Shown here: in pieces, positions 50,709 to 61,248 of the stretch
How positions within the stretch are numbered: position 1 is the first letter of the stretch
Layout: each line of letters starts with the position of its first letter
From: an uncultured Verrucomicrobiae bacterium
Lineage (GTDB): Bacteria > Verrucomicrobiota > Verrucomicrobiia > Chthoniobacterales > Chthoniobacteraceae
Direction of reading: 5' to 3'
Length of the DNA: 64,000 nucleotides
Assembly (NCBI GenBank): GCA_963769025.1
Contig: CAVYKI010000006.1
Coordinates: 448,001-512,000 of the forward strand
Position numbers and translations under genes: made by a program
The notes under the pieces: model-generated
The model's database searches: none
What the model saw: the letters and a program-made list of their open reading frames with translations, nothing else
What the model was told of the DNA's origin: nothing

Positions 50709-51827
50709 TCAGCGGAATTTGCGTCGCGCCGGGCCGGTGTAGAGGGAGCGGGGCCGGATGAGGTGATTGTGGTCATGCTGCTCGATCACGTGGGCGCACC
50801 AGCCGGCGATCCGGGAGCAGGCAAAAATGGAGGGATTCAGCGCGGCCGGAATGCCCATCAGCCGGAACACCACCGCGGCGTACAGATCGACGTTCGCGCA
50901 GAGACCTTTCTCGCGCTGCATGACCTCTTCCAGCTTTTCGCAGACGGGCACCCATTGCGGCTCGCCGGCGCGCTCGGAGAGCTGGCGCGCGAGGTCGCGC
51001 ATCACCGGCACGCGCGAATCGCCCGTCTTGTACACCCGGTGCCCGAATCCCATGATCTTCACCTTTCGCGAAAGCCTGTCCTTCACCCACGTCTCCACGC
51101 GGCCGGCTTCGCCGATTTCTTCCAGCATTTGCATGGACTCCTCGTTGGCGCCGCCGTGGAGCGGCCCCTTCAGGGTTCCGATGCCGGTGGTCGCGGCGGA
51201 GTAAATGTCCGAGAGCGTCGAGGCAGTGACGCGCGCCGAGAAGGTCGAGGCGTTGAACTCGTGATCGGCGTAGAGGATGAGCACCGTGTCGAAAATGCGC
51301 GTCTGCCAGATTTCCGGCGGCTTGCCGGTGAGCGTGAGGAGAAAGTTGCCCGCATGCGTGCGTGTCGGATCTGACTGCACGGGGTCATGACCTTCGCGGA
51401 TCCGCCAGCCGTCGGTGATGAGCGCGGAAAGCCTCGCGATCAGCCGGACGGCCTTCCGGAGATTCGCATCGTGCGAGCCATCATTCAGCGCGGGATCGAA
51501 AGCGGCGAGCATCGAGACGCCGGTGCGCAGCACGTCCATCGGATGCGCGTCGCGCGGAAAGAGCGCGAGCATTTCCAGCACCGACTTTGGCAGCGAGCGA
51601 TTGAGCGCGAGATCGTGCGTGAAGCCCGCCAACTGCTCCGGACCGGGCAATTCCCCGTGCAGGAGCAGCCATGCTATCTCCTCAAAGCTGCTCCCGCCTG
51701 CGAGCTCGTGAATGTCGTAGCCTCGGTAGAGCAGGCCGGCGTTGGGATCCACCCAGCAGATGGCGGATTCTCCGGCGATGACCCCGGCGAGCCCGGGGCT
51801 GTAGGCGGGTTTCGTTTCGTCACTCAT
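50709..51827 (-). CDS. prpC: 2-methylcitrate/citrate synthase
   Basis: YADHEFNASTF, GPLHGGANE, MGFGHRVYK, NVDLY; downstream of prpD and prpB. Confidence 0.88.
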   Translation of the reverse strand: MSDETKPAYSPGLAGVIAGESAICWVDPNAGLLYRGYDIHELAGGSSFEEIAWLLLHGELPGPEQLAGFTHDLALNRSLPKSVLEMLALFPRDAHPMDVLRTGVSMLAAFDPALNDGSHDANLRKAVRLIARLSALITDGWRIREGHDPVQSDPTRTHAGNFLLTLTGKPPEIWQTRIFDTVLILYADHEFNASTFSARVTASTLSDIYSAATTGIGTLKGPLHGGANEESMQMLEEIGEAGRVETWVKDRLSRKVKIMGFGHRVYKTGDSRVPVMRDLARQLSERAGEPQWVPVCEKLEEVMQREKGLCANVDLYAAVVFRLMGIPAALNPSIFACSRIAGWCAHVIEQHDHNHLIRPRSLYTGPARRKFR

Positions 51828-52699
51828 GGTTGGGTACCTCCGCGGGGAAAATCGTCCCGTTTCGGGTCGTAGCCAAGCAGTTCGTACAGGTCCGCGCGCG
51901 TTAGCATTTTGCTGAGCCACGGCCGTTGCGAGCCGCTCCGTTTCAAGTCACGCAGGCATTCGGCCTCGGTGTGCATCGCGGCGCGGAAGGCGGTGACGGG
52001 AAAGAGCACCATCCGGTATCCCATCGCCGCAAGCTGGCGGATGCTCAGCAGCGGGCTGCGGCCAAACTCCGTCATGTTTGCCATCAGCGGCGCGCGCACG
52101 CGGCGTGCGAATTCCCGGAACTCGCGCGCACTCTCCAGCGCCTCGGGAAAAATCGCATCCGCCCCGGCTGCGAGATACGCCTGGGCCCGCTGTACCGCGG
52201 CATCGAAGCCCTCCACCGCGCGCGCATCGGTGCGCGCGACGATGAGAAAATCCGGATCGGTCCTCGCACGGATCGCCGCGCTGATTTTTTTGCAGAATGC
52301 GTTCACCGGCACGACTTCCTTGCCAGCGAGATGCCCGCAGCGCTTCGGAAAGACCTGATCCTCGAGGTGCATCCCGGCCAGTCCGGCGCGCTCGAATTCC
52401 CTCACTGCGCGCGCGGTTTCGCGGAGCCCGCCGAAGCCCGTATCCGCATCGACGAGCGCCGGAATCTTCACCGCACGCGCGATGTAGCCCGCAAGCTGTG
52501 CCACCTCGCCGAGCGTGAGCAGACCGGTGTCGGGCACGCCGGCGGTCGCGTTCGCCAGCCCCGCGCCGCTCACGTAAACGGCGGAAAAGCCGGCGCGTTC
52601 GATCAGCTTCGCCGTGGCCGCATTGAAAGCGCCAGGCATCGCCACGCACTCTTTGCGGATCATTCGCCGGAGCACCGTCGTTTTGCGGAGGGCTGTCAT
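51824..52699 (-). CDS. prpB: 2-methylisocitrate lyase
   Basis: VDADTGFG, EDQVFPKRCGHL, ARTDA, ANMTEFG. Confidence 0.93.
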   Translation of the reverse strand: MTALRKTTVLRRMIRKECVAMPGAFNAATAKLIERAGFSAVYVSGAGLANATAGVPDTGLLTLGEVAQLAGYIARAVKIPALVDADTGFGGLRETARAVREFERAGLAGMHLEDQVFPKRCGHLAGKEVVPVNAFCKKISAAIRARTDPDFLIVARTDARAVEGFDAAVQRAQAYLAAGADAIFPEALESAREFREFARRVRAPLMANMTEFGRSPLLSIRQLAAMGYRMVLFPVTAFRAAMHTEAECLRDLKRSGSQRPWLSKMLTRADLYELLGYDPKRDDFPRGGTQP

Positions 52700-54054
52700 G
52701 GGAGTTCGGTGAGGGGCAACAGGTCGCGCACGGATTCCATCGTATCGAGCCTCCAGATGCCGTGCAGCAATTCAGCAGCGCGCTCCGCGCCGAGTCTGGG
52801 CCCGGCGAGCGTGCGAAACTTTGCCTCGACCTCGGCATCACTCAACGGCGCACGCGAATGTCCCGGCGGATCGTCCACGCGCTCGGTCAGCAGGCGGCCA
52901 TCGCGAAGGTGGACGCTCACGATATTGCCCACCCGCCCGGGATACTGCGCGCTCAGTTCCGGATCGCGCTCGACTTTCACCCGCTGGACGAGCGCGAGCA
53001 GCGCCGCGTCGGTGAAGCGCTCCCGCGCAAATTGCCGCTCGGTCACTTCACCGTCGGCGAGCGCAACGGCGACGATGTAGGGCAGGCTGTGATCCGCCGT
53101 CTCGCGGCTGGTCGGGCGCCACTGCGCCGGGCTCCCGCCGATGATCTCCACCGCCGCGTCGTGGCTGCGCACGAGCACCGACTCGATCTGCGCCGGATCG
53201 TCGATCTGCGTCCGGAGCTTCAGTGCCGCCGCGATCGCGCTCTGCGAATGGTACTCGGCGGGCCAGAACTTGATGCTCGTCCGCAGAATCATGAAGTCCC
53301 GCCAGTCTTCAACATCGAGCGCGAGCGGTTGTCCGGCGACGAGTTTCTCAAAACCAAACCCGCCTTCAAAGATCGGCGCCGGTCCGCTCATCCCCTCGCG
53401 CGCCAGCAGCGCCGCGAAGACACCGCGCCGCGCCGCATGCGCGACGGTGCATGCCTTCCAATGCGAAAGCTCGCCGATGCGCGACTGGCGCAGCGACCCG
53501 CTCGATACTCCCGCGATGTTCACCGCCTGTTCCATGCGCGCGGCATCGAGCCGCATGAGATGCGCCGCGGCGAGCGTGCTGGAAAATGCGACGTACGTCA
53601 CATGGTCCCACCCGCGTGCGCGCAGGCTGGCCGCGTCGCAAAGCCGGCATTGGATTTCATACGCAAGCGCGACGGCCGTGATCAGTTCTCGCCCGGATGC
53701 GCCTTCGGTCTCCGCCACCGCGAGCGCCGCCGCGATGTTGTCGCTCGGGTGCGCCGGCTCCTTCGAGAGATATGTGTCGTTGAAATCGAGATACCGCACG
53801 AGGCAGCCGTTCGCGAAAGCCGCCCAGTCCGGCGACACCCGCAGCGACGTGCCGAGCATCGTCGCGCCGCGCTCCGTCGGAAATCGCCCGGCCGTCCGTC
53901 GCGCGATCGCGCACGGTTCCGCGTCCCAGGCGCCGAACGCGCATCCGACTGAATCAATGATCCTCCTTTTGACCTCATGCACCACCGGCGCCGGCAGCGC
54001 CTCGAAGCGGAGGCCGGCCGCAAAGTCCGCGAGCCGTTGGGCGAGCGTGCGCAT
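52696..54054 (-). CDS. prpD: 2-methylcitrate dehydratase (MmgE/PrpD)
   Basis: RYLDFNDTY, HPSDN, GWDHV, RIGELSHWK, SRETADHSLPY. Confidence 0.92.
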   Translation of the reverse strand: MRTLAQRLADFAAGLRFEALPAPVVHEVKRRIIDSVGCAFGAWDAEPCAIARRTAGRFPTERGATMLGTSLRVSPDWAAFANGCLVRYLDFNDTYLSKEPAHPSDNIAAALAVAETEGASGRELITAVALAYEIQCRLCDAASLRARGWDHVTYVAFSSTLAAAHLMRLDAARMEQAVNIAGVSSGSLRQSRIGELSHWKACTVAHAARRGVFAALLAREGMSGPAPIFEGGFGFEKLVAGQPLALDVEDWRDFMILRTSIKFWPAEYHSQSAIAAALKLRTQIDDPAQIESVLVRSHDAAVEIIGGSPAQWRPTSRETADHSLPYIVAVALADGEVTERQFARERFTDAALLALVQRVKVERDPELSAQYPGRVGNIVSVHLRDGRLLTERVDDPPGHSRAPLSDAEVEAKFRTLAGPRLGAERAAELLHGIWRLDTMESVRDLLPLTELP

Positions 54055-54089
54055 TGCGAAGTGTGACGACGAAGCCTAGGTTGGCGTGC

Positions 54090-55658
54090 ATGAGCGGGCA
54101 AGAACCAGTCTGCTTCAACTTCGCCGCCGACGTGATGGAACGCTGGGCGGTAATGACTCCGCGCGCCCCGGCGCTGTGGTGCGTGGACGAAAGCGGCGGT
54201 CCCGGGCAGCGGTTCACCTTTGCGCAGCTTGCGGACCAGTTTCGCCGGGCGGCTCATTTTTTTCACACGGCCGGCGTGCGGCGCGGCGATCGTGTGCTCG
54301 TCATGCTCCCGCGTGTGCCGCAGTGGTGGGTCGCGATGCTCGGGCTCACGAAGCTCGGCGCAGTGCCGATTCCCGGCACAATGCTGCTCACCGAGAAAGA
54401 CATCCTCTACCGCATCCAGGCGGCGGAGGTCGCCGCCGTGATCACGTGCGGGGAGATCGCGGACCGGGTCGGCGACTTTTCAGGCATCAAAATCCTCGCC
54501 GGCGGCGAGTGCGCGGGATGGCTGAACTTTTTCGCGGGAATCCGCGACGCGGACGATGATTTCGATCCCGGGCCGACGCGTGCGGACGAGCCGGGTATCC
54601 TCTATTTCACCAGCGGGACGACGGGGGCGCCGAAGATGGTGCTGCACACGCAGGCGAGCTACGGCCTCGGCCATCGCGTGACGGGCGAGCAGTGGCTCTG
54701 GTCCAAGCCGGACGACATCCACTGGAACCTCGCGGACAACGGCTGGGCCAAGGCTGCGTGGTCGAGCCTGTTCGGGCCATGGCACATGGGCGCGTGCATT
54801 TTCACCGTGGATTCCCGCGGGAAATTCGACGCCGGCGCGGCGCTGCGGACGCTCGCGCGTTATCCGATCACGACATGGTGCGCGCCGCCGACCGCGCTGC
54901 GGCTGATCGTGCGCGAGGATCTTTCCGGATATCGCTTCCCCCATCTGCGCCACTGCGTGAGCGCGGGGGAGCCGCTCAATCCCGAGGTGATCGAAACGTG
55001 GAAGCGCGCGACCGGGCTCACCATTTACGAAGGCTACGGCCAGACGGAGAGCGTGGTGATGATCGCCAATTGTCGCGCGCGCGGCGACGTGGTGAATCCC
55101 GGCTCGATGGGAAGGCCCGTGCCGGGCTTCGAGATCGCATTGCTCGACGACGAACTGCGCGAACTGCCGTCCGGTGTGGAAGGCGAAGTGGCCGTGCGCA
55201 TCGCACCGCGCCGCCCGCTGGGGCTCTTCCGCGAATACTGGCGCAACCCGGAGGAGAACGCCGCGCGCTTTCGCGGCGACTGGTACCTCACCGGCGACCG
55301 TGCCACGCGCGACGAGGAGGGCTGCTACTGGTTCGTCGGCCGCACGGATGATGTGATCAAGAGCGCCGGCTATCGCATCGGGCCTTTCGAGGTGGAGAGC
55401 GTCCTCATCGAACACCCGGCCGTGCTCGAAGCAGCCGTTGTCGCCAAAGCCGACGCCACGCGCGGCGCGATCGTCAAAGCGTTCGTGGTGCTGCGCAAGG
55501 ATCGCGAGCCGAGTGACGCCCTGAAGACGGAATTGCAGGAACACTGCAAACGCGCGACGGCCCCTTACAAGTATCCGCGTGAGATCGAATTCCTCGCCGA
55601 GTTGCCCAAGACGATCAGCGGAAAAATCCGGCGCCTGGAACTGCGGCGACGCGGGTGA
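54090..55658 (+). CDS. Medium/short-chain acyl-CoA synthetase (ACSM-like)
   Basis: FNFAADV, YFTSGTTGAPKMVLH, SAGEPLNP, EGYGQTE, YKYPREIEF..LPKTISGKI. Confidence 0.9.
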   Translation: MSGQEPVCFNFAADVMERWAVMTPRAPALWCVDESGGPGQRFTFAQLADQFRRAAHFFHTAGVRRGDRVLVMLPRVPQWWVAMLGLTKLGAVPIPGTMLLTEKDILYRIQAAEVAAVITCGEIADRVGDFSGIKILAGGECAGWLNFFAGIRDADDDFDPGPTRADEPGILYFTSGTTGAPKMVLHTQASYGLGHRVTGEQWLWSKPDDIHWNLADNGWAKAAWSSLFGPWHMGACIFTVDSRGKFDAGAALRTLARYPITTWCAPPTALRLIVREDLSGYRFPHLRHCVSAGEPLNPEVIETWKRATGLTIYEGYGQTESVVMIANCRARGDVVNPGSMGRPVPGFEIALLDDELRELPSGVEGEVAVRIAPRRPLGLFREYWRNPEENAARFRGDWYLTGDRATRDEEGCYWFVGRTDDVIKSAGYRIGPFEVESVLIEHPAVLEAAVVAKADATRGAIVKAFVVLRKDREPSDALKTELQEHCKRATAPYKYPREIEFLAELPKTISGKIRRLELRRRG

Positions 55659-55664
55659 CCGGCC

Positions 55665-57695
55665 ATGAAGACGTTCGACCTTGGGGGCGAGATCGTCTGG
55701 CGACCGACCGCGGATTGGATCGAGCGCAGCAACCTCCGCCGGTTCATGGACGCGCACGGCATCGCGTCGCCCGAAGAATTGCAGCGCCGGTCCACGGACG
55801 ACATCGCGTGGTTTTGGGACGCGGTGTTGCGCGATCTGGGTATCGAGTTTCACACGCCATATTCGCAAGTCGTGGACCTCTCTCGCGGCATCGCGTTGCC
55901 GCGATGGTGCGTAGGCGGCGGGATGAACATCGTCCACAACTGCCTCGACAAATACGCCGGCACACCGACTGACGGGCGCGTCGCGCTGCGGTGGGAAGGC
56001 GAGGAAGGCGCGGTGCGCACGCTCACTTATGCGGAGCTGCGGGGCGAGGTGAACCAGGCGGGGAATGCGCTGCGCTCGCTGGGGCTGGGCAAGGGTGATG
56101 TCGTCGGCGTCTTCATGCCGATGACGCCGGAGTGCGTCGTGGCGATGCTCGCGATCATCAAGATTGGCGCGATTTTCCTGCCGCTCTTCTCCGGCTACGG
56201 CGCGCAGGCTGTCGCTTCGCGACTCGTGGATGCCGAGGCGAAAGCGCTCTTCACGGCCGACGGCATGTGGCGCCGGGGTAAGCTCGTGCCGATGAAGCCG
56301 GTGGCCGACGCCGCAGCCGCACAAGTTCCTACGCTCCGGCACCTGATCGTGCACAAACGGACGGGCTGCGACGTGGCGTGGAATCCGGCGAGCGATCATT
56401 GGTGGCATGAGGTGATCGGGAGGCAATCGCACGATGCGGAAACCGAACGCACAAACGCGGAGGACGTGCTCATGCTCATCTACACCTCGGGCACGACGGG
56501 GAAGCCGAAGGGCACGGTGCACACGCACTGCGGCTTTCCCATCAAAGCCGCGCAGGACATGTCACACGGGCTCGACCTGCACGCCGATGAGACGCTCTTC
56601 TGGGTCACCGACATGGGCTGGATGATGGGGCCGTGGCTCGTCTTCGGCACGCTCCTGCTCGGTGCGACGATGATGATCTGCGACGGCGCGCCGGATTTTC
56701 CGGGCCCGGACCGGCTCTGGTCGCTGGTCGCGCGGCATGGCGTGACCTCGCTCGGCATCTCCCCGACGCTCGTCCGCGCGCTGCTCCGCCACGGCGACGC
56801 GCCGGTGCGTGCGCACGACCTTTCGTCACTGCGGAAATTCGCCTCGACCGGCGAGCCGTGGAACCCCGCGCCGTGGATGTGGCTTTTCCAAAATGTCGGC
56901 GGCGGCATGCGGCCGATCGTCAACTACTCCGGCGGCACCGAGATTTCCGGCGGCATCCTGATGGGCAACGTGCTCACTCCGCTGAAGCCGTGCGCCTTTT
57001 CCGGCCCGCTGCCCGGCATGGCTGCGGATGTCGTGAACGAACGCGGCGAGTCCGTCCGCGGCGAGGTCGGCGAACTGGTTATCCGTCAGCCGTGGATCGG
57101 GATGACGCGCGGATTTTGGCGCGACCCGGAGCGCTATCTCGAAACGTATTGGTCGCGCTTCCCGGACGTGTGGGTCCATGGCGACTGGGCGGCGATCGAT
57201 GATGACGGCCTGTGGTTCATCGTTGGCCGCTCCGACGACACGATCAAAATCGCCGGCAAGCGCGTCGGGCCTGCGGAGGTCGAGTCCGTGCTCGTCGCGC
57301 ACGACGCCGTGAGCGAAGCCGCGGCGATCGGTGTGCCGGATGAGTTGAAAGGCGAGGCGCTCGTCTGCTTTTGCGTGCTGAAGCCGGGCCACGAGCCGGG
57401 CGATGCGCTCCGGGAGGCACTGCGCGCGGCCATCGTCGGCGCCCTCGGAAAACCGCTCGCGCCACGCGAGGTGCTGTTCGTCCGCGACCTTCCGAGAACG
57501 CGGAACGCAAAAATCATGCGCCGCGTCATCCGCGCTGCGCATCTGGGTCTGGATCCCGGCGACATTTCATCGCTCGAGAATCCGGCCGCTGTGGAGGCGA
57601 TCCGGCGGTCGGAATCCAGTCATCACGCTGAGACGCCGCGTGAACCGGAGCCGCGAGTGAACGACGAGGCGGAGGGAAAGCGCGCGGGCAAGTGA
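55665..57695 (+). CDS. Acetyl/propionyl-CoA synthetase family protein
   Basis: NIVHNCLD, YTSGTTGKPKG, STGEPWN, SGGTE, GRSDD, PRTRNAK. Confidence 0.9.
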   Translation: MKTFDLGGEIVWRPTADWIERSNLRRFMDAHGIASPEELQRRSTDDIAWFWDAVLRDLGIEFHTPYSQVVDLSRGIALPRWCVGGGMNIVHNCLDKYAGTPTDGRVALRWEGEEGAVRTLTYAELRGEVNQAGNALRSLGLGKGDVVGVFMPMTPECVVAMLAIIKIGAIFLPLFSGYGAQAVASRLVDAEAKALFTADGMWRRGKLVPMKPVADAAAAQVPTLRHLIVHKRTGCDVAWNPASDHWWHEVIGRQSHDAETERTNAEDVLMLIYTSGTTGKPKGTVHTHCGFPIKAAQDMSHGLDLHADETLFWVTDMGWMMGPWLVFGTLLLGATMMICDGAPDFPGPDRLWSLVARHGVTSLGISPTLVRALLRHGDAPVRAHDLSSLRKFASTGEPWNPAPWMWLFQNVGGGMRPIVNYSGGTEISGGILMGNVLTPLKPCAFSGPLPGMAADVVNERGESVRGEVGELVIRQPWIGMTRGFWRDPERYLETYWSRFPDVWVHGDWAAIDDDGLWFIVGRSDDTIKIAGKRVGPAEVESVLVAHDAVSEAAAIGVPDELKGEALVCFCVLKPGHEPGDALREALRAAIVGALGKPLAPREVLFVRDLPRTRNAKIMRRVIRAAHLGLDPGDISSLENPAAVEAIRRSESSHHAETPREPEPRVNDEAEGKRAGK

Positions 57696-57758
57696 CGTTG
57701 CTCCGCCGGGGATCGGCTCCGAGGTTGCACGGCGGGACGATCCGAACCACAATAAGGC

Positions 57759-59012
57759 ATGCGCCCCGTTTACATGCTCAGCGGCGGGATCACGAAGTTC
57801 GCAAAAGCGCATCCGGATAAGGATTTTCGGCTGATGGTGAAGGAGGCGTTCGATCTCGCGCTTGCGGACCTCGGCGGGAAGCTCACCCCGGCGGACATCG
57901 ATGGCAGTGTGATTTCGTACTTCAGCGATCACTTCACCGGCCAGCTCAAGGCGGGCGCGATGGTGCAGGATTTCGTGGGGCTCTGCCCGAAGCCGAATAT
58001 CCGCATCGAGGGTGGCGGGGCGACGGGCGGGCTGTGCTTTCAGGCGGCGGTGCAGGCGGTGGCGAGCGGGCGCTTCGATGTGTGTGCCACGATGGGCTTC
58101 GAGACGATGAGCACGGTGGAGACGTGGAAGGGGAATGACTTCATCGCGCTCGCGAGCGACACGCACTTTGACTATCCGCTTGGCGGATTTTACACTGGAT
58201 ACTATGCGATGATGGCCGTGCGGCACATGCACGAATTTGGCACCACCGAGGAGCAGATGGCGCGCGTTGCGGTGAAGAATTACGGCAATGCTGCGCACAA
58301 TCCTTTCTCTCAGCACCGGCGCGCTGTGACTGTCGACGATGTGATGCAGTCCGAGATGATCGCGTATCCCTGCCGCCGCATGACGACCTGCGTGATGAGC
58401 GACGGCGCGGCGGCGATCATTCTCGCGAGCGAGGAAGCGGCACGGAAATTTTGCGACAATCCGATCCGCGTCGCGGGCATCGGAAGCGGCTCGGACACAA
58501 TGCGCATGGCCGACCGTCCACATGGCCGCGTGCCGCTCCTGCCGCATGAAAGCGAGGGCGACTACGGCGATTTGAAATACCCGGGCGTGCATTCGTTCCG
58601 CGCTGGACGGATGGCGGCGATGGAAGCCTACCGGCAGGCCGGCGTCCGCGACCCGCGCGAGGACATCCAAGTCTGGGAATTGCACGATGCGTATGCCTCC
58701 GCCGAGCTGCAGCAGTACGAGGACGTGGGACTTTGCAAATATGGCGAGGCCGGGCGATTCATCGAAAGCGGCCCGCCGTGCATCGGCGGGAAGAATCCCG
58801 TGAATCCCAGCGGCGGCCTGCTGGCGTGCGGGCATCCGGTCGGCGCGACTGGGCTGATGCAGATGGTGTTCTGCTTCTGGCAATGCCAGCAGACGATCGG
58901 GAAGCATTTCGGTGATCCATTTTGCCAGATTCAGAATGTGAAACGCGCCGCCGCCTACAGCCACGCAGGCACGGGGACGTACGTGACGATTTCAATCCTG
59001 GAGAAGCCATGA
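57759..59012 (+). CDS. SCP2/archaeal-type thiolase-superfamily protein lacking the usual nucleophilic Cys
   Basis: RIEGGGATGG at the CxxG loop position, SDGAAA, ELHDAY, NPSGGLLACGHPVGATG. Confidence 0.85.
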   Translation: MRPVYMLSGGITKFAKAHPDKDFRLMVKEAFDLALADLGGKLTPADIDGSVISYFSDHFTGQLKAGAMVQDFVGLCPKPNIRIEGGGATGGLCFQAAVQAVASGRFDVCATMGFETMSTVETWKGNDFIALASDTHFDYPLGGFYTGYYAMMAVRHMHEFGTTEEQMARVAVKNYGNAAHNPFSQHRRAVTVDDVMQSEMIAYPCRRMTTCVMSDGAAAIILASEEAARKFCDNPIRVAGIGSGSDTMRMADRPHGRVPLLPHESEGDYGDLKYPGVHSFRAGRMAAMEAYRQAGVRDPREDIQVWELHDAYASAELQQYEDVGLCKYGEAGRFIESGPPCIGGKNPVNPSGGLLACGHPVGATGLMQMVFCFWQCQQTIGKHFGDPFCQIQNVKRAAAYSHAGTGTYVTISILEKP

Positions 59013-59473
59013 AACTCCCCGAAAAAACCGATGGCCCGTGGGTGACAAACTTCGACCCGCTCACCCGGCAGTGGACATACAGCGTGACTTACAACGTGAG
59101 CTACGCGGAGGATTCGCCGTTTTTCCACGCGCTCGGACGCGGCAAGCTGCTCGGCAGCGAATGCAAGAAGTGCAACTACCGCTACGCAACGCCCCGCACG
59201 GTGTGCATGGGTTGCGGCGGTGCGACCGAATGGTTCGAGCTGCCGCTCGAAGGGCGCGTGCATAGCTGGACGATCTGCAACTTCAGCGGCGAGCCATACC
59301 TCGCGGAGTGCCCGTTCATGCTCGGACTGATCGAGTTCGAAGGCGTGGACACGCTCTTCATGACGCGGCTCATCGGCATCGAGGATCCGAAAATCGGGCA
59401 GCCGGTGCGGGCGCAATTTCGCCGGAAGAAAACGTGGTCGGTGAACGATGTCTATTTTGTCCCGGCACCATGA
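59009..59473 (+). CDS. DUF35 Zn-ribbon/OB-fold thiolase partner
   Basis: CKKC..PRTVCMGC, GRVHSWT; ATGA overlap with the thiolase. Confidence 0.9.
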   Translation: MKLPEKTDGPWVTNFDPLTRQWTYSVTYNVSYAEDSPFFHALGRGKLLGSECKKCNYRYATPRTVCMGCGGATEWFELPLEGRVHSWTICNFSGEPYLAECPFMLGLIEFEGVDTLFMTRLIGIEDPKIGQPVRAQFRRKKTWSVNDVYFVPAP

Positions 59474-61238
59474 GCGCGCACGGATTCCAGCAGCACGAAA
59501 AGGAAATCCACGACGCGGAAGAGTTGCTCTTCACCGGTCCGCAACGGTTCGGCGTCGCCAAGGGCCTCTTCCTCGGCCGCTTCGTCGCGGATTGGGTGCT
59601 GCCCTACCCCGCGATGCCTGCCGAACAGAGCAAGGCACTCGATGTCGATGCTGCCGGAACTGCGCCGGTTTCTCGACGAGAAGCTCGATCCGGCGGCCAT
59701 CGACCGGAATGCGGACATCCCGCGCGAGGTCATCGAAGGTCTCGGACGGTTGGGCGTGCTCGGAATGACGGCGCCGGTGGAGTTTGGCGGGCGCGGCATT
59801 TTCGCAGATGGCGAACGGTCGCGTGCTCGAGGAAATCGGATCCCGGTGCGCCTCGACGTCGGTGTTCGTGAATGCGCATCACTCCATCGGCATCCGCGCG
59901 CTGCTGCTCTTTGGCACGCCGGAGCAAAAGCGACGCTGGCTGCCGCCACTCACCAGCGGCAGGCAGCTCGCCGCGTTTGCGCTCACCGAACCCGAGGCCG
60001 GGTCCGACGCGGCGAATGTCCAGACGCGCGCCGACCTGAGTGCGGACGGCACTCACTACATCTTGAACGGCCAGAAGCGCTACATCACCAACGCCGCCAT
60101 CGCGCAGGTGCTTACCGTCATGGCCCGCACGAAGGTTCCCGGCAGCGAACAGACGGCGGTGACCGCGTTCCTCGTCACACCGGACATGCCGGGCTTTTCC
60201 GTCGTCGAGCCGCGCATGGAAAAGCTCGGCATCCGCGGCACCGCCACGGGGCGGCTGGAGTTCCGCGACATGCGCGTGCCGCGCGAGAATATCCTCGGTG
60301 CGCCCGGCAAAGGGCTGAAGGTCGCGCTCAGCGTGCTCGACTTTGGCCGCACGACATTCGGCGCCTGCTGCACCGGTGCGGCGAAGACATGTCTGCGGCT
60401 CGCCACGCAGCACGCGAGGACGCGGCGGCAGTTTGGCCACCCGCTCGGCGACTTTGAGCTGATCAAAAAGAAAATCGCGCGCATGGCCGCGAGCGCCTAC
60501 GCGATGGAGGCGATGACGACCGTCACCGCGTCCATCATCGACAGGGGGCTTGAGGATTACATGATCGAGACGGCGATGCTGAAGGTCTTCACGACGGAGG
60601 CGCTGTGGCAGATCGTCAACGACGCGTTTCAGATTCACGGCGGGCCCGCCTACTTCACCGACCTGCCGCTCGAACGCATGCTGCGCGATGCGCGGATCAA
60701 TCACATCGGCGAAGGAGCGAATGAAGTCCTCACGTCCTTCATCGCGCTGGTCGGGATGCGTGGGCCGGGGATGCAGCTCAAGGAAATCTGGGACGCCATG
60801 CATCATCCGATCGGCCACCTCCGCAAGGCGTGGCTCGCGGGCTGGGATCGCGCCGGGGCTGCGTTGCACGCGCCCGACGTGCCCGTCCGCACCGATGGGC
60901 TTCGCAGGCACGCGCAGCAGCTTGGCCGGCTCATCTGGCGGTTCAACCTTGCCGTGGATCGAGCGCTCATCCGCTACCGCGAGGGAATCCTCGATCGGCA
61001 GTACGTTCAGGAGCGGATTGCAAACGCGGCGATGGAACTTTTCGCCTCGGCGTGCGTCCTCAGCCGGCGCGATGCCGAATGGCAGGCGGGGATCATGCAT
61101 CACGATGCCGCTGCCGGGCTTTTTCTGCGCGAATCCGCACGCCGGGTGCGCCGGTGCCTCGCCGGACTGCGCGACAACGACGACGAGGCGGTCACCGCAG
61201 CCGCTGATGCAGCTCTGCGGCACGACGGCGAGACGTAG
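59470..61238 (+). CDS. Acyl-CoA dehydrogenase (ACAD9/VLCAD-like), frameshifts near 59647 and 59798
   Basis: AKGLFLG; NAHHSIG; AFALTEPEAGSD; GQKRYITN; QIHGG; RDARINHIGEGANE. Confidence 0.88.
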
Positions 61239-61248
61239 GAGGTGCGCG

